Of a stretch of 64,000 nucleotides of DNA, positions 36,766-47,984 are shown in pieces. The notes beneath the pieces were generated by a model that searched no databases, had not been told where the DNA came from, and saw only the letters and a list, made by a program, of their open reading frames with translations. The DNA comes from Schizosaccharomyces osmophilus (Eukaryota). Position numbers and translations under genes: made by a program. The first letter of the stretch is position 1; each line of letters begins with the position of its first letter. The stretch is from NCBI RefSeq assembly GCF_027921745.1, contig NC_079239.1, positions 3,286,001 through 3,350,000 of the forward strand. The letters are read 5' to 3'.

Positions 36766-38810
36766 ATGCTTCGACAAGCAGGATCTAGATTTATCAGAGC
36801 TCCTGTTTGCGGCTACCGCCCATTCTTTGTAAGTTTTAGCCTTTTATTTCGATCAAGTTTAAGCCGTGTCTGTAGCGGAACGGAAAGAGTCAAATGCTCC
36901 GCTGGAATCAGCGGTACCTTTCAGGTTTTGCGGATTCTAGGCTTGCTATACGACCGAATATGCCTTATATTATAATTCGAACGAATAACTAACCCAAGTA
37001 GTGTAGTAAACGTGGCTATGCGGAAAAAGCAGCTCCCACTGAAGTTCCTTCTATCTTGGAGGTATGCGAGACAAAAGACATTTGGTAACTCTTTCTATAA
37101 CCAAAGGATCTTTGTAAGCTATTTAAAACCTTATCGGATCGTTATTTGACATATATGGTCGTTGCTACATATGCTTGCCGCGTCTCACAAAATTTTTCGA
37201 ACTTTGGGTTTGCGGTTTATAGCTTGGTTTATAAAGATACCTGAGGAGATTGAAAGAGTAGCCAAATCTTAGAAAAAAAAAATTCATTCAAAAGATGAAC
37301 GGACGTATGCTAACTAGTTCAGGAACGTATCCGTGGTGCTTATAACCAATCACAAATGATGGAATCTGGACGTGTCTTGTCCATTGGTGATGGTATTGCT
37401 CGTGTATCTGGTCTTTCCAACGTACAAGCTGAAGAGTTGATTGAGTTCTCTTCCGGTGTCAAGGGTATGGCCCTAAACTTGGAAGCCGACACTGTTGGTT
37501 GTGTACTTTTTGGTAACGACCGTCTCGTCCGTGAGGGTGATGTTGTCAAGCGTACTACCAACATTGTCGATGTTCCTGTCGGTGAGGCCTTGCTTGGCCG
37601 TGTCATTGATGCTTTGGGTAACCCCATTGATGGCAAGGGCCCTATTAAAACTACTGAACGTCGTCGTGCTCAATTGAAGGCACCTGGTATTTTGCCCAGA
37701 ACCTCCGTTTGTGAGCCTATGCAAACTGGTATGAAGGCTATTGACTCTATGGTTCCTATCGGTAGAGGTCAACGTGAGTTGATTATTGGTGACCGTCAAA
37801 CCGGTAAGACTGCTATCGCTATGGATGCTATTCTTAACCATAAGCGCTGGAACAGCGGCAGTGACGAAAGCAAGAAGCTTTACTGTGTCTATGTTGCCGT
37901 TGGCCAAAAGCGTTCTACTGTTGCTCAACTGGTCCAAAAGTTAGAACAAAATGATGCTCTTAAGTACTCTGTTGTTGTCGCTGCTACTGCTTCTGAAAGT
38001 GCCCCCTTGCAATACTTGGCTCCCTTCACTGGTTGTGCTATCGGTGAATGGTTCCGTGATAATGGAAAGCATGGTTTGGTTACCTACGACGATCTTACCA
38101 AGCAAGCTGTTGCCTACCGTCAAATGTCTCTTCTTTTGCGTCGTCCCCCTGGCCGTGAAGCTTTCCCTGGTGATGTTTTCTATCTTCACTCTCGTCTTCT
38201 CGAACGTTCTGCCAAGATGAGCAATGAACACGGTGGTGGTTCCTTGACTGCTTTGCCCGTCATTGAAACTCAAGGTGGTGATGTTTCCGCTTACATTCCT
38301 ACTAACGTCATTTCCATTACTGACGGTCAAATTTTCTTGGAATCTGAACTCTTCTATAAGGGTATCCGTCCCGCCATTAACGTAGGTTTGTCTGTCTCTC
38401 GTGTCGGTTCCGCTGCTCAAGTTAAGGCTATGAAGCAAGTTGCTGGTCAAATTAAGCTTTTCCTTGCCCAATACCGTGAAGTTGCTTCTTTCGCCCAATT
38501 CGGTTCTGATTTGGATGCTGGTACCCGTGCCACTTTGGAAAGAGGTCTTCGTTTGACTGAATTGCTTAAGCAGCCTCAATACTCTCCTTTGGGTGTTGAA
38601 GAACAAGTTCCTCTTATTTACGCTGGTGTCAAGGGTTTCCTTGACAAGATTCCCGTTACTCGCGTTGTTGAATTCGAACAGAAGTTCCTTCCCTTCTTGA
38701 GATCCAGTGGTTCTGAAGTTACTGACGCCATCCGTACTGAGGGTGTCCTTAGTCCTGCCACTGAAGAGAAGTTGAAGGGTTTCCTTAACGAATTCTTGTC
38801 TTCTTTCTAA
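36766..38810 (+). CDS. atp1: Mitochondrial F1-ATPase alpha subunit; exons 36766-36828, 37002-37061, 37323-38810
   Basis: Arg-rich presequence, [37 protein letters not shown] and strong codon bias. Confidence 0.97.
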
Positions 38811-39167
38811 GTTCGCAGGTTCAACTCGATAGGTGCTGTCACTGCATGAGGTTACTATCTTTTATCCTAATAATGAAATGAACGATTCAACATCTTTTGT
38901 ACTTGTGATAACCTGCCGGTGACTCTGCCATTTATCAATTATATGTTTGCTGAATTGATAATTTTACGATCTGTCCCCCCACTTATTCATTACCAAAAGG
39001 TAGTATAGTTTTGCTTTTCTGTAAGCTGCTTTATTAGCTAAATAGCAATTAGCCCCTATAAAATATAAAAGCTCGATTATTGATCTTTATATACAGTTTT
39101 CTCATAAATTGTAGCTACTTCGATTGCAATAAATAAATTACTTAACTTCCAAAATTTTATTCATAAA

Positions 39168-41721
39168 TTATTGAAAACAACTGCCAAAAAAGGTAGCAAT
39201 TTTCTTTTTCAAATAAGGGTACACTTGAATATTAGAAAAATCATGATTTGCTTCAGGAATAATTAACTGCACGAAATTCTCGAGGTTCTGTTTTATTAAT
39301 GAAGAGGTTAGGTGATAAGTGTTTTGGAGGTGCACGTTATCATCTTTAGCACCGTGTACAATTAAAACATTTCGTATATTTTTTATGTTTTCAGAGATAC
39401 GCAAAGCACTCTGTTCGTACCTGTCTTTAGTGTCCGCAGAGTAAGCACCAAGAAGGTTTTCTGCATAATAAGAATCGTAAAATCGCCAATCCACAACAGG
39501 AGCTACAATTATTGCAGAAGATATCATGTCCGTGATTTCTAAAATCTTAAGAACAAGGTAACCTCCAAAACTCCATCCCCAAATTCCCAATCGTGAATTG
39601 TCAATATATGGCTTATGAGTATACCACTCGAGTACATCAACCCAGTAAGCGGGTAAAGCTAAAAAGTCATTTCCCAATAGGGTACTGGTAGTAACTTCTC
39701 TCAGATCGACTTTTATGACGAGAATATCCAAGGAAGATGCCATCAATTCGTTCGCGTCCATCTCATACTTTCCAGTAACCAATTGGGAACCTGGCGCACC
39801 ATATATTTCGAAAACGGTGGCATACTTTTTCCGTGGATCGAAATTTTCTGGTCTTACTTCTTGAAAGAAAGCAGTGATATTGTGAGTATTCACTGTCTCG
39901 GTATATTTAGAAGGAAACTCATAATTTCGAGAAGCAGCTTGTAATTCTTCATTATCTTCCACAACACGGAGTAAATCCGGTACGAGCCCTCCTGTCCAGG
40001 AGAAATCATTATTAGAAATACCATTTAACCAGTCATCCAAACAAGCTTTCAACGAATAGATTGCTTGAGTGGGTATTTCAGGACCTAAATAATTAAGCAG
40101 CATGTAATTTGCATCAGAAGAAATCTTGATAGACTTAGAACCATTAGAAGGAGATACTTCAATTTCTGCTTGAGTTGCAAACTCAGTGGATAAACAGAAA
40201 ATACTAGAAAAAGATCTACTTGGATGGATAGCAGTGTAAAATCTAAACGATTAGTAATTGTAATACGAAAAAAAAATCACAAGGCACTTACATAAACTTT
40301 TCGGCCAACCAAAAATCCAAAACGAATAAGTCATCCGGCGTTATATACACAAAGCTGTCATCGCCAAAATTAAAAAATGCCAGCCTTTTCCTTTGGGAAT
40401 TGCCCATGTAACGTACGTAACCATCTTTTGACTGCCAAACGATATTTCGTATTCGTAAAGAAGAACATGGTGGTATAGTATGTTCTTCCACCTCTTCATT
40501 GAGAGTATCAAGACGGGAAGCACCCAAATTGTATTTATGAGTCAGCCTGCGGGAAGTACCTCTTGAGGTCTCAACAAACATAATTGAATCATCCTGAATC
40601 CACCAAACATCTTGAATATAATATTCATCCAAAGGAGATTCTTCCGGAGTAAGAACTTGATGATGCGTAACAGAATCAGAAGAAAAGCAAGAACTCAATA
40701 ACTGAACAGATGGAATGGGATCACCTGGTCGAGGATAACGAAACGCATCTTGATTCGTGAATGCGTCGCCCTCAATTGGAACAATAACGTCTTGTGAGAT
40801 GACATATTTTGGTATAAGTGAATCGTTAAAAGACAAATAAGACAGACAAGTACCACTTGCAGACCACCATAAAGCTGTCGGTGACATCAAAATTTCCTCT
40901 TCGTACAACCAATCTGCTATTCCGTTCAAAATATATTCAGACTCTTCGACTTCGGTAACGGGAATAATTGGAATATCAATTCCTTGCCAAAGATACAAGT
41001 TAGAGCCATCGACAAATGCCATTCGATGGCCCACAGGTGCCCATTCGGCTACGATAATTTGAGAATTTTGCTTTAAATTGGTAACCCGACCAGTGGATCG
41101 CTCCAAAATATATATTTCATTATACACTGAATATCTCCACCTCTTTTTCCTGCTACAGAAGTATGCCACATATTCCAAATCGGACGAAACCACCTTCTGT
41201 GTTAGCGAGTCACATATTTCATGAATATGGAGTGTCGAAGGATGCATGCTGGGTCCATTTGGAGCGCCATGAGGAAGAAAAAATACAGGAAGATAGTTAC
41301 TTCGATCGTAATATAGTACAACGCCTTCCTTTGAATTAACCCATTCAATTTCCTGGGCGAATGGCATCAAGCTTCCATCATCAAATTGAGACGAACTTAA
41401 CCGATGCTTTTCAGTTGGTTTTACGAATCCATGAAATCTATGTTTATTTACAAAGAAGTAAAATGAATATAGGATAACGCTTGCAGCGAACAAACTCAAT
41501 ACACCAACCAACGAGTAATAAATAAACTGCCTTTTCCTTCGGGCATTCTTTCGAGACTCGGTATTCTCAATAGACTTATCGACGTCGTTTTCTCCTTCTA
41601 CCGATTCTAGTACCGCCTTTACATCCTGCGAAGAGACGATAGCACTCCGCTTTCTCCAATGTTGCTTCGTTACAGAACCGTTACGGCTAGCTATTGAAGG
41701 CTCGCCCCCATGACCATTCAT
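39168..41721 (-). CDS. dpp1: Type II membrane dipeptidyl peptidase IV (S9B, Ste13/Dap2-like); intron 40291-40243
   Basis: N-terminal TM anchor, DWLYEEE, and catalytic motifs GWSFGG, DDNVH and EANH; a 49-nt intron joins the two ORFs in frame. Confidence 0.85.
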
Positions 41722-41969
41722 TCATAACAAAATAAAATGGATTTAATGCTGTTTGTCTGTACTTTAATGCTGGTTGGAAGTACAAGAATATTTGTAAAAA
41801 TTACAGCATAGGTAAATGTAAATAATATTTATAAATTTTGCGAATTGCAGCGAGCTATATCTCAAAAAGTCAAAAAACAAAAAGATTACACTTAATTTTT
41901 TGTAAAACAATATAAAAAACGTAAACTAATCAGTCATAAGTAGAAGAAGGCATGAAAAAATGTGGACAA

Positions 41970-44308
41970 TTATTCCTCAACATAGTTGGAAGGAAAAAGA
42001 CCACGACGTCCATGACATTCACCTTCCCACCAATTGGGATCAATGCGATCGACGTCGGTGATAATATCATTCTCAAAAAAGGTCAATTCGTTGCCTTCTT
42101 GTGCTTCATAATCGTAAACGGCTTTCACTGAAATTAAACCTGAACCACTTTCGACATTACTTTCAGAGGCCTGTACCGGAGCAATGGTTTCCTCTTGCAG
42201 AAGCTCAACATAATTGGAAGGAAATAATCCTTGCTTACCGTTTGAGTTTTCACCAAGCCACCAACCTTCGTCAACGAAGTCGACGATTTCAATTCTTTCA
42301 CCTTCAGTCAATTCCATTTCGTTCTCTTCCTCAGGTGAATAGTCATAAATTACGACAGCTGGAGTTTTTGAGGAAGACTCTGAAGCACGTGATGCAACGT
42401 TTGATTCATACTCGCCTTCGTGAGTTTGGATGTTGGGAGTGGGAGGAAGAGGTGGTGGTGGCATGGGTGTTTCCACTACTGGTGGAAGAGGAGGTATGGG
42501 AGGTCCTTCCTCATCAGAACTGGCTGGCACAGGTGGAGAAGGTTCCAAGTGCGTTAACGGGGCAGGTGCAGCAGATTGTTCAGCAACAGGAGGAGGGGGA
42601 GGTGGTGTTTGGTTAGTAGACTCGGGTCTTGGCGGCATGGCCGGGGCAGGAGGTGGATTTTCTGCCTGAACCTCTTCTTGCTGGTTTTGGGGAGGCGGTG
42701 GAGCATAAGAAGCCACAGGAGGAGGAGATGGTACTCGGTTGGCAGTCTCCGGTCTTGGCGGTGTGGTTGGTGCAGGAGGTGGAGCATAAGAGGCAACGGG
42801 AGGAGAAGATGGTACTCGGTTGGCAGTCTCCGGTCTTGGCGGTGTGGCTGGGACAGGAGGAGCTTGCGGCAAGGGAGACACATTGCTTGGAGGCGGTACT
42901 GGTTCAGCTACATGAACAGGTGCAGGCGCAGGAACAGGCGCAGGAGCAGAATGAGTTACACTAGGAGCAGGGGAAAATTTCGAAGACTGAGCCTTGGAAG
43001 CAGGAGCTGAATTGGATTTATCGTTCAAATTTTGATTGGCAAAGCGAGATCGTAAAGAAGCGACGCTTGGTGGATTTGAATCCACCTCTTTAGGATCATT
43101 GCTATTGGTATTTGCAAATGCGTCAACCTTAGGACCAGATGGTACGCCTTGGGTTTGAGTTTTGGGAGGAGCTTCGAAACTGCGATTCAACTTGTGTGGT
43201 TGAGGTCTTGTTTGAGGAACAGAAGAAGGCTCGCCGCTCTTTTGAAAGCGTTCAAACATGGCTCTTCTAGCAGACAAATTGACGTTTCCACTAGCATGAA
43301 GTTGTTCCAACTCGGAAGTAGGAGTTTTGGTAGATTCGGTCGATGCTTTAGAAATTGAAGGTTTCAATTCCTTTGATTCCGACGCAGAGGCAGAAGGAGG
43401 CACAGGCGGAGAAGCAGGTTTTGGAACGGAGGTTGGTTGAATCGGGGCAGGCACAGGAGCAGGTACATGAGCAGGAACAGGAGCAGGTACATGAGCAGGT
43501 ACTGATGTTGGTTCCGGCACAGGAGCAGGCGCAGCTGGAGACGCCTGCGCTTCTTTTTTATGTTCGGTCTGAGCAGACTCTGCATTTGACCAGCTAGCAT
43601 TTACGGGAATGCGAAGAGAATGTTGGGATTGAGTAGGACGTTGTTTGTAGGTATCGTTCCACACGTTATCTTCAATCCCAGGCTTCTGCGAAGGGACGGA
43701 ACCAACAACGGTACCGGGAGGGGGAATATGATGGTGGGAAAAAGTAGGAGCAGGAGCAGGCTTAGGCTTAGACGCAGAAGAAGTGGAAGTATTTGAAGAG
43801 TACTTGCTACCACTTGCATCGGCAACGCGACGGAAGATGTCGTCCAGATTGAGGTCAGAAGATTCACGGCCAGTAACTTGAATATGGTAACCGTTTAATA
43901 AACGAGTAACGGTGGCAGAATGAATGGGAAACAATCCTTTTCGGGAACTAGGAGCAGCCTCACCACACCAAGAGACCAAAACAAATTTATGGAGGCCGGT
44001 ATTGGAGTCTTTTACACGGAGAAAACCATACAAAACAGCATTTTCGTCGAATTCATCAAGGAATTCGTAATCATCATCTAGAAAAAGAAAAGCAAGTTAG
44101 AGACAAAAAGACAAAAGAAAGAAAAAGAAAAAGGTAATAAAATAAAATAAAAAGACATACTTCCAGTAGCAAGTAACTTCAAAACGTTTCCTTGACCCTT
44201 GGCATAGCCAAAGACGGCCCAAGAGCAGTCTGGGGAGCCATTCAGAACTTGGGCATGAGCTTTCTTAATATCAAAACCAAAAGAGCTTGTGTCTAATTGA
44301 AAAGACAT
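41970..44308 (-). CDS. abp1: Actin-binding protein Abp1/drebrin-like (ADF-H, Pro-rich region, two SH3 domains); intron 44160-44078
   Basis: ADF-H domain (WAVFGY...KFVLVSWCGE), proline-rich middle and two SH3 domains (YDY...GWW.G...GLFPSNYV). Confidence 0.9.
42691..42852 (-). repeat. 81-bp coding tandem duplication (27 aa, TPPRPETANRVPSxPPVASYAPPP) in abp1
   Basis: GGTGGAGCATAAGA at 42697 and 42778, with near-identical units. Confidence 0.9.
43453..43500 (-). repeat. 24-bp coding tandem duplication (PAHVPAPV) in abp1
   Basis: ACAGGAGCAGGTACATGAGCAGG at 43453 and 43477. Confidence 0.85.
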
Positions 44309-44865
44309 GATGGAAAGCTGAGTAAGGGAAAAGGAAGAATCGGTGGAGGATGGGTGAGGAAGGATAAGAGAGAATGATGTTGGGTGGGTAGGGAAAGCGA
44401 AAGCAAGAAGGAGTGATGAAACGGGAATGGTACAAGAGAACGAAAGAATGATTAGAAAAAAAAAAAGAATGAAATTAAAAGTGTTTAAAATTTTTGAAAT
44501 AAAAATTTAAGAGGTACAAGAGGAAAAATAGAAAGAAAGCAATGGGATGGATTGCTATGAGATAAAAAAGAAAAGACTAGTAAATATATACACAAGAAAT
44601 AAAATGAAAACCTATATACAAATGGATGGAAACCAAAGGCTTTAAACCATTTTTTTTGATTTTTTAGCGCATTAGCCCAAAAAAAGCCGAAAGGAATGCA
44701 AAACCAAGCCTAAAATAATTTCAGAGACTTTCCAACAAGAGGGAATTACTGACCGGCAGTAATGGATAGTAGAAATCACCAACAGGTATTGTGGTTCTAT
44801 ACAAAAAAAGGGTAGCTTCCAAGGTATCTTGTCGAGTAGAGGGATAGGGAAAGGGAAATCTCAAA

Positions 44866-45336
44866 TTAAGCGGTAAAAGAGACGGCAGAAGAAGAACCGA
44901 TGGTGACAGCGTCTTGGGAGACGGTAGAGTTGAGAAGAGGATTGGAAGTAGCAAAAGGAGGATTGGCACCGGCAGAGGGAATGTGAACGACGGCAGAGTA
45001 AATGGGAGTAGAGACGGAAGCAGAGGGAGAAGCGATGGTAGTGTTGAGGGAGTTGTCGAAGTTGACGGAGCGTTTAGCCTGTGCGGTGGGAGAGGCAGTG
45101 ACGGTGACGGTGTCGGGCTTCAAGACATTGTAGACGGTGACGGGGGTTGGAGAGAGAGGGCTGTTTTGAGAGTCGACGGTGCGGACGAGGTAGACGGTGG
45201 TGGTAGCAGGGGCGGTGGCAGAAGAAGAAGAAGAAGTAGAAGAAGAAGTGGAAGGAAGAGACTGGTCGGCAAGAGAAGGAAGGGCCAAGAAGGCGAGGGC
45301 GAAGAGTCCTTGAAGGAAAGAGCGAGCAAAAAGCAT
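44866..45336 (-). CDS. adg1: Small secreted Ser/Thr-rich cell-surface protein Adg1 (156 aa)
   Basis: Signal peptide MLFARSFLQGLFALAFLALPSLA, TTTVYLVRTV, a Kex2-type KR site, upstream Ace2 sites and a syntenic position after abp1. Confidence 0.75.
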   Translation of the reverse strand: MLFARSFLQGLFALAFLALPSLADQSLPSTSSSTSSSSSATAPATTTVYLVRTVDSQNSPLSPTPVTVYNVLKPDTVTVTASPTAQAKRSVNFDNSLNTTIASPSASVSTPIYSAVVHIPSAGANPPFATSNPLLNSTVSQDAVTIGSSSAVSFTA

Positions 45337-45445
45337 TGTCAAAAGTAGAATGAAATGAAATGAGTTGATGAATATCAAGATGGAAAAGAAAGAAAAGAGA
45401 ATTAGGATATATATAGGAAACAAGAGGAAGAAAAATCGAAAGAAT

Positions 45446-46165
45446 GGCTGGAAGGGAAGAAGGGATGACGGTGACAAAAGGGACGAACGAGAGGAAAAGT
45501 AAGAATGAGAGTGAAAAAAAGTGAATTAGGAATGGATTTGACCAGCCATGCCAGCCTCTTTTACTTTTTTTGTGAGGGGGGTGGTAACGAGTCGAAAGGA
45601 AATAACGATTCGTATGAATAGAAAAAAAAAATTGCAAATTTTTCCAAATAAAAAAAAAGAAAAAAAAATTCGACTGCAGTGTCTCTCTCACCTCCCTCCC
45701 TCTCTCTTTCTGTGGAGGACATGCCCTGCTCTGCCAAGTACTGTAGAAACACAAGTAGTGGGATGAGTGGGGGTTGGTTGGACTCTGTGGGATGACATGG
45801 ACTGACTAAAGAAGAACAGAGCAAACCAGAGGGACGGACCACCACCACTTGAACTCGAAGAGTCCAACACAAAAGGTATTTTTTATTTCGAAAAAATTTT
45901 TTATTTCGAAAACTTTTTTATTTCGAAAAATTTTTACAAATTTTTTATTTTTACTCATACGAATAATAATACTAATAGTTGTACTCACATACTAATATTA
46001 ATAGTCATATTCATACAAATAATTACGATTATAATCATTATAATAATAATAATAACAAGAACAGGAGCAAGAATCGTTCTTCTCCATTACGCTGCTAACC
46101 CTTCCCACAAGTCATCATCACTCGAGCACGTTTCCATTTCATCACACCGGCTCAACCAGCCAGCC
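45446..46165. promoter_or_regulatory. Ace2-type CCAGCC cluster upstream of adg1
   Basis: GGCTGG at 45446; CCAGCC at 45542 and 45551 and an overlapping pair at 46156/46160. Confidence 0.65.
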
Positions 46166-46630
46166 CATACAAATGGAATCACCATCTACGGCCGAAGTCA
46201 TGCCACTGAGCTGCCCTGTCTGTTTGGTTCTGGTTGGAGTCGCAAGAGATCAGATCAGCTGTGATGGAAGGCAAAGCTCCGTGGACAGAAAAGACCGTAG
46301 TGGACAGGGAAGAGGCTGAGGTGAGGTGAGGTAGGTGAGAGCAAGGGCAAGGGCAAGGGAAAGGGAAAGGGAAAGGGTCGCCAGACATGAACGTACGAGA
46401 GGTGGTGGCTTTTCTTTTATTGTTGTTTCTATTTCTGTTTCTATTTCTTTCGTTTCTTCGTTTATTCATTCATTCATTCATTCATTCATCCATTTGTTTG
46501 TTTGTTGTTTGTTTTCCATTTTGTTACAAGTCGGCTAGTCTACTCTTTGTCTTTGTCTGTCTCTGCCTTTGTCTTTGTCTCTGCCTTTGTCTCTGTCTTC
46601 TTCTCTTTGCCTTGTCTCTCCCTCTCTCTC
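45879..46630. repeat. Cluster of simple repeats: TTTTTATTTCGAAAA x3, (AAT)n, (GGGCAA/GGGAAA)n, (TTCA)n, (GTCTTT/GTCTCT/GCCTTT)n
   Basis: Arrays visible at about 45879-45935, 46030-46056, 46340-46378, 46464-46490 and 46546-46600. Confidence 0.85.
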
Positions 46631-47984
46631 TGCTCCCACCCACTACGTGTCGCTGGCTGCTCTATGGTCGCAGACGTCCCAATTAAGTTTCTCTTCTGAA
46701 CCTTCTTTATCTACTGCACGTCATCGTCTTCGTCACCTTTCCCACCTTTTCCCACTTTCTTCCAACTCTGTTTTCCCCTCCTTCTCCCTCGTTGACCCCA
46801 CCGAGTCCTCTTCTGTCCTCCACATAATATCCCTAGCCTGGACTCTTTGTGTTGGAGGAACCGAAGCTCCTCTCTCATAACCGAAGCTCGGACGCTTTCA
46901 TGGTTCATTACCGACCCGATACTGCCGCTTGGCACTTCATTCCCGTACAACCATCATCTCCTTACTTTCAACAATCCCGGTTCTCTCTTTATTCTTTCCA
47001 TTCTTTCCACACTTGACAGTTGGTCTCTTTCTTTCTTTCCCTTCGGTCTTTTGATTCTTTTTTTGCCCCGACATTTCTCCCTCGTCATTCTTCACCCTCT
47101 AACTCTGGCTTCTCCTCGTTTTCCCCATCTTTTCCTTCCAATACGTTCCGCTTCGATATTTCCTTTCCATTCAATGTCGGCAGATTGCCTTCTTCCTCCA
47201 CTCCAACTCGCTTCTTTCCCTAACTCGGCCGCCCCCTTGTATGACATCACCCTCTCGACTCTTTCTGGTGCTGGGCTGGGCTTTTACGTTCGGCATTTGC
47301 TTTCCTTTCATCCTAGGGATCTCGATTGTTCGGTTCTCTCTTCTTATATATTGCCCTCCTTCCTCTATTTTGCGTCCCTTTTTTTTTCTTCAAGATGGTC
47401 CGCTTGGTGTAATCCTTTCGTTCTTCTAATTTCTGATTTCTTCGTTCTTCTCTCCTTTCCCTATTTTTCATCGTCTTTTCATTGTACGTGTTGAGCTGTG
47501 TGTCGTGCCGTTTTCTAGACTTGTGTCTCTGTGTCTCTGTGTGCGTGTCTCGTCTGGTTGTCATTCTCTATTCTTTCGTTGGGATTCTTCAAAAACCCAA
47601 CTTCAATTTCAATTCTTCAAAAAAACACGCTGCGTTTTGGCTACCTGTGAGTCTTTACGCGTTTCTCTACGCGTCTTTACCTTTTGTAGTGTAATTTGCG
47701 TCTCTTGGATACCCCTTTGTCCTTTTTTTTTTTTATTTTTTTTATTTGGAAAAATTTGCAATTTTTATTTTTTACTTTATTTCCTACTTTCTTGCTTGCC
47801 AAACCATTCCATCTGTTTGGTACCTCCCTTTTATGCCCTCTTGTTGATTTTCTCGTTTCTTTTTTAATTTCTCATACCCCCTTCCTTCTTTCCTTCTTCC
47901 TCCTCTCAATTGTTTCTCTTTTTTTTTTTTTCCTCTTTCTCTCCCTCTTCCTCCTTTTCTTTCTTTTGCATCTTTCTTGTCAAT

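Noticed and set aside
37340..38606. Long antisense ORFs opposite atp1 (98, 154 and 221 aa)
   Set aside because: Expected shadow of strong codon bias in a highly expressed gene; no independent motifs.
45879..45935. Heat-shock element
   Set aside because: TTCGAA lacks the 2-nt spacer of nTTCnnGAAn repeats.
45074..47867. Many Phe/Leu/Ser- or Arg-rich ORFs in the adg1-TF intergenic region
   Set aside because: They translate microsatellites and skewed sequence, mostly start at non-ATG codons and have no domain features.
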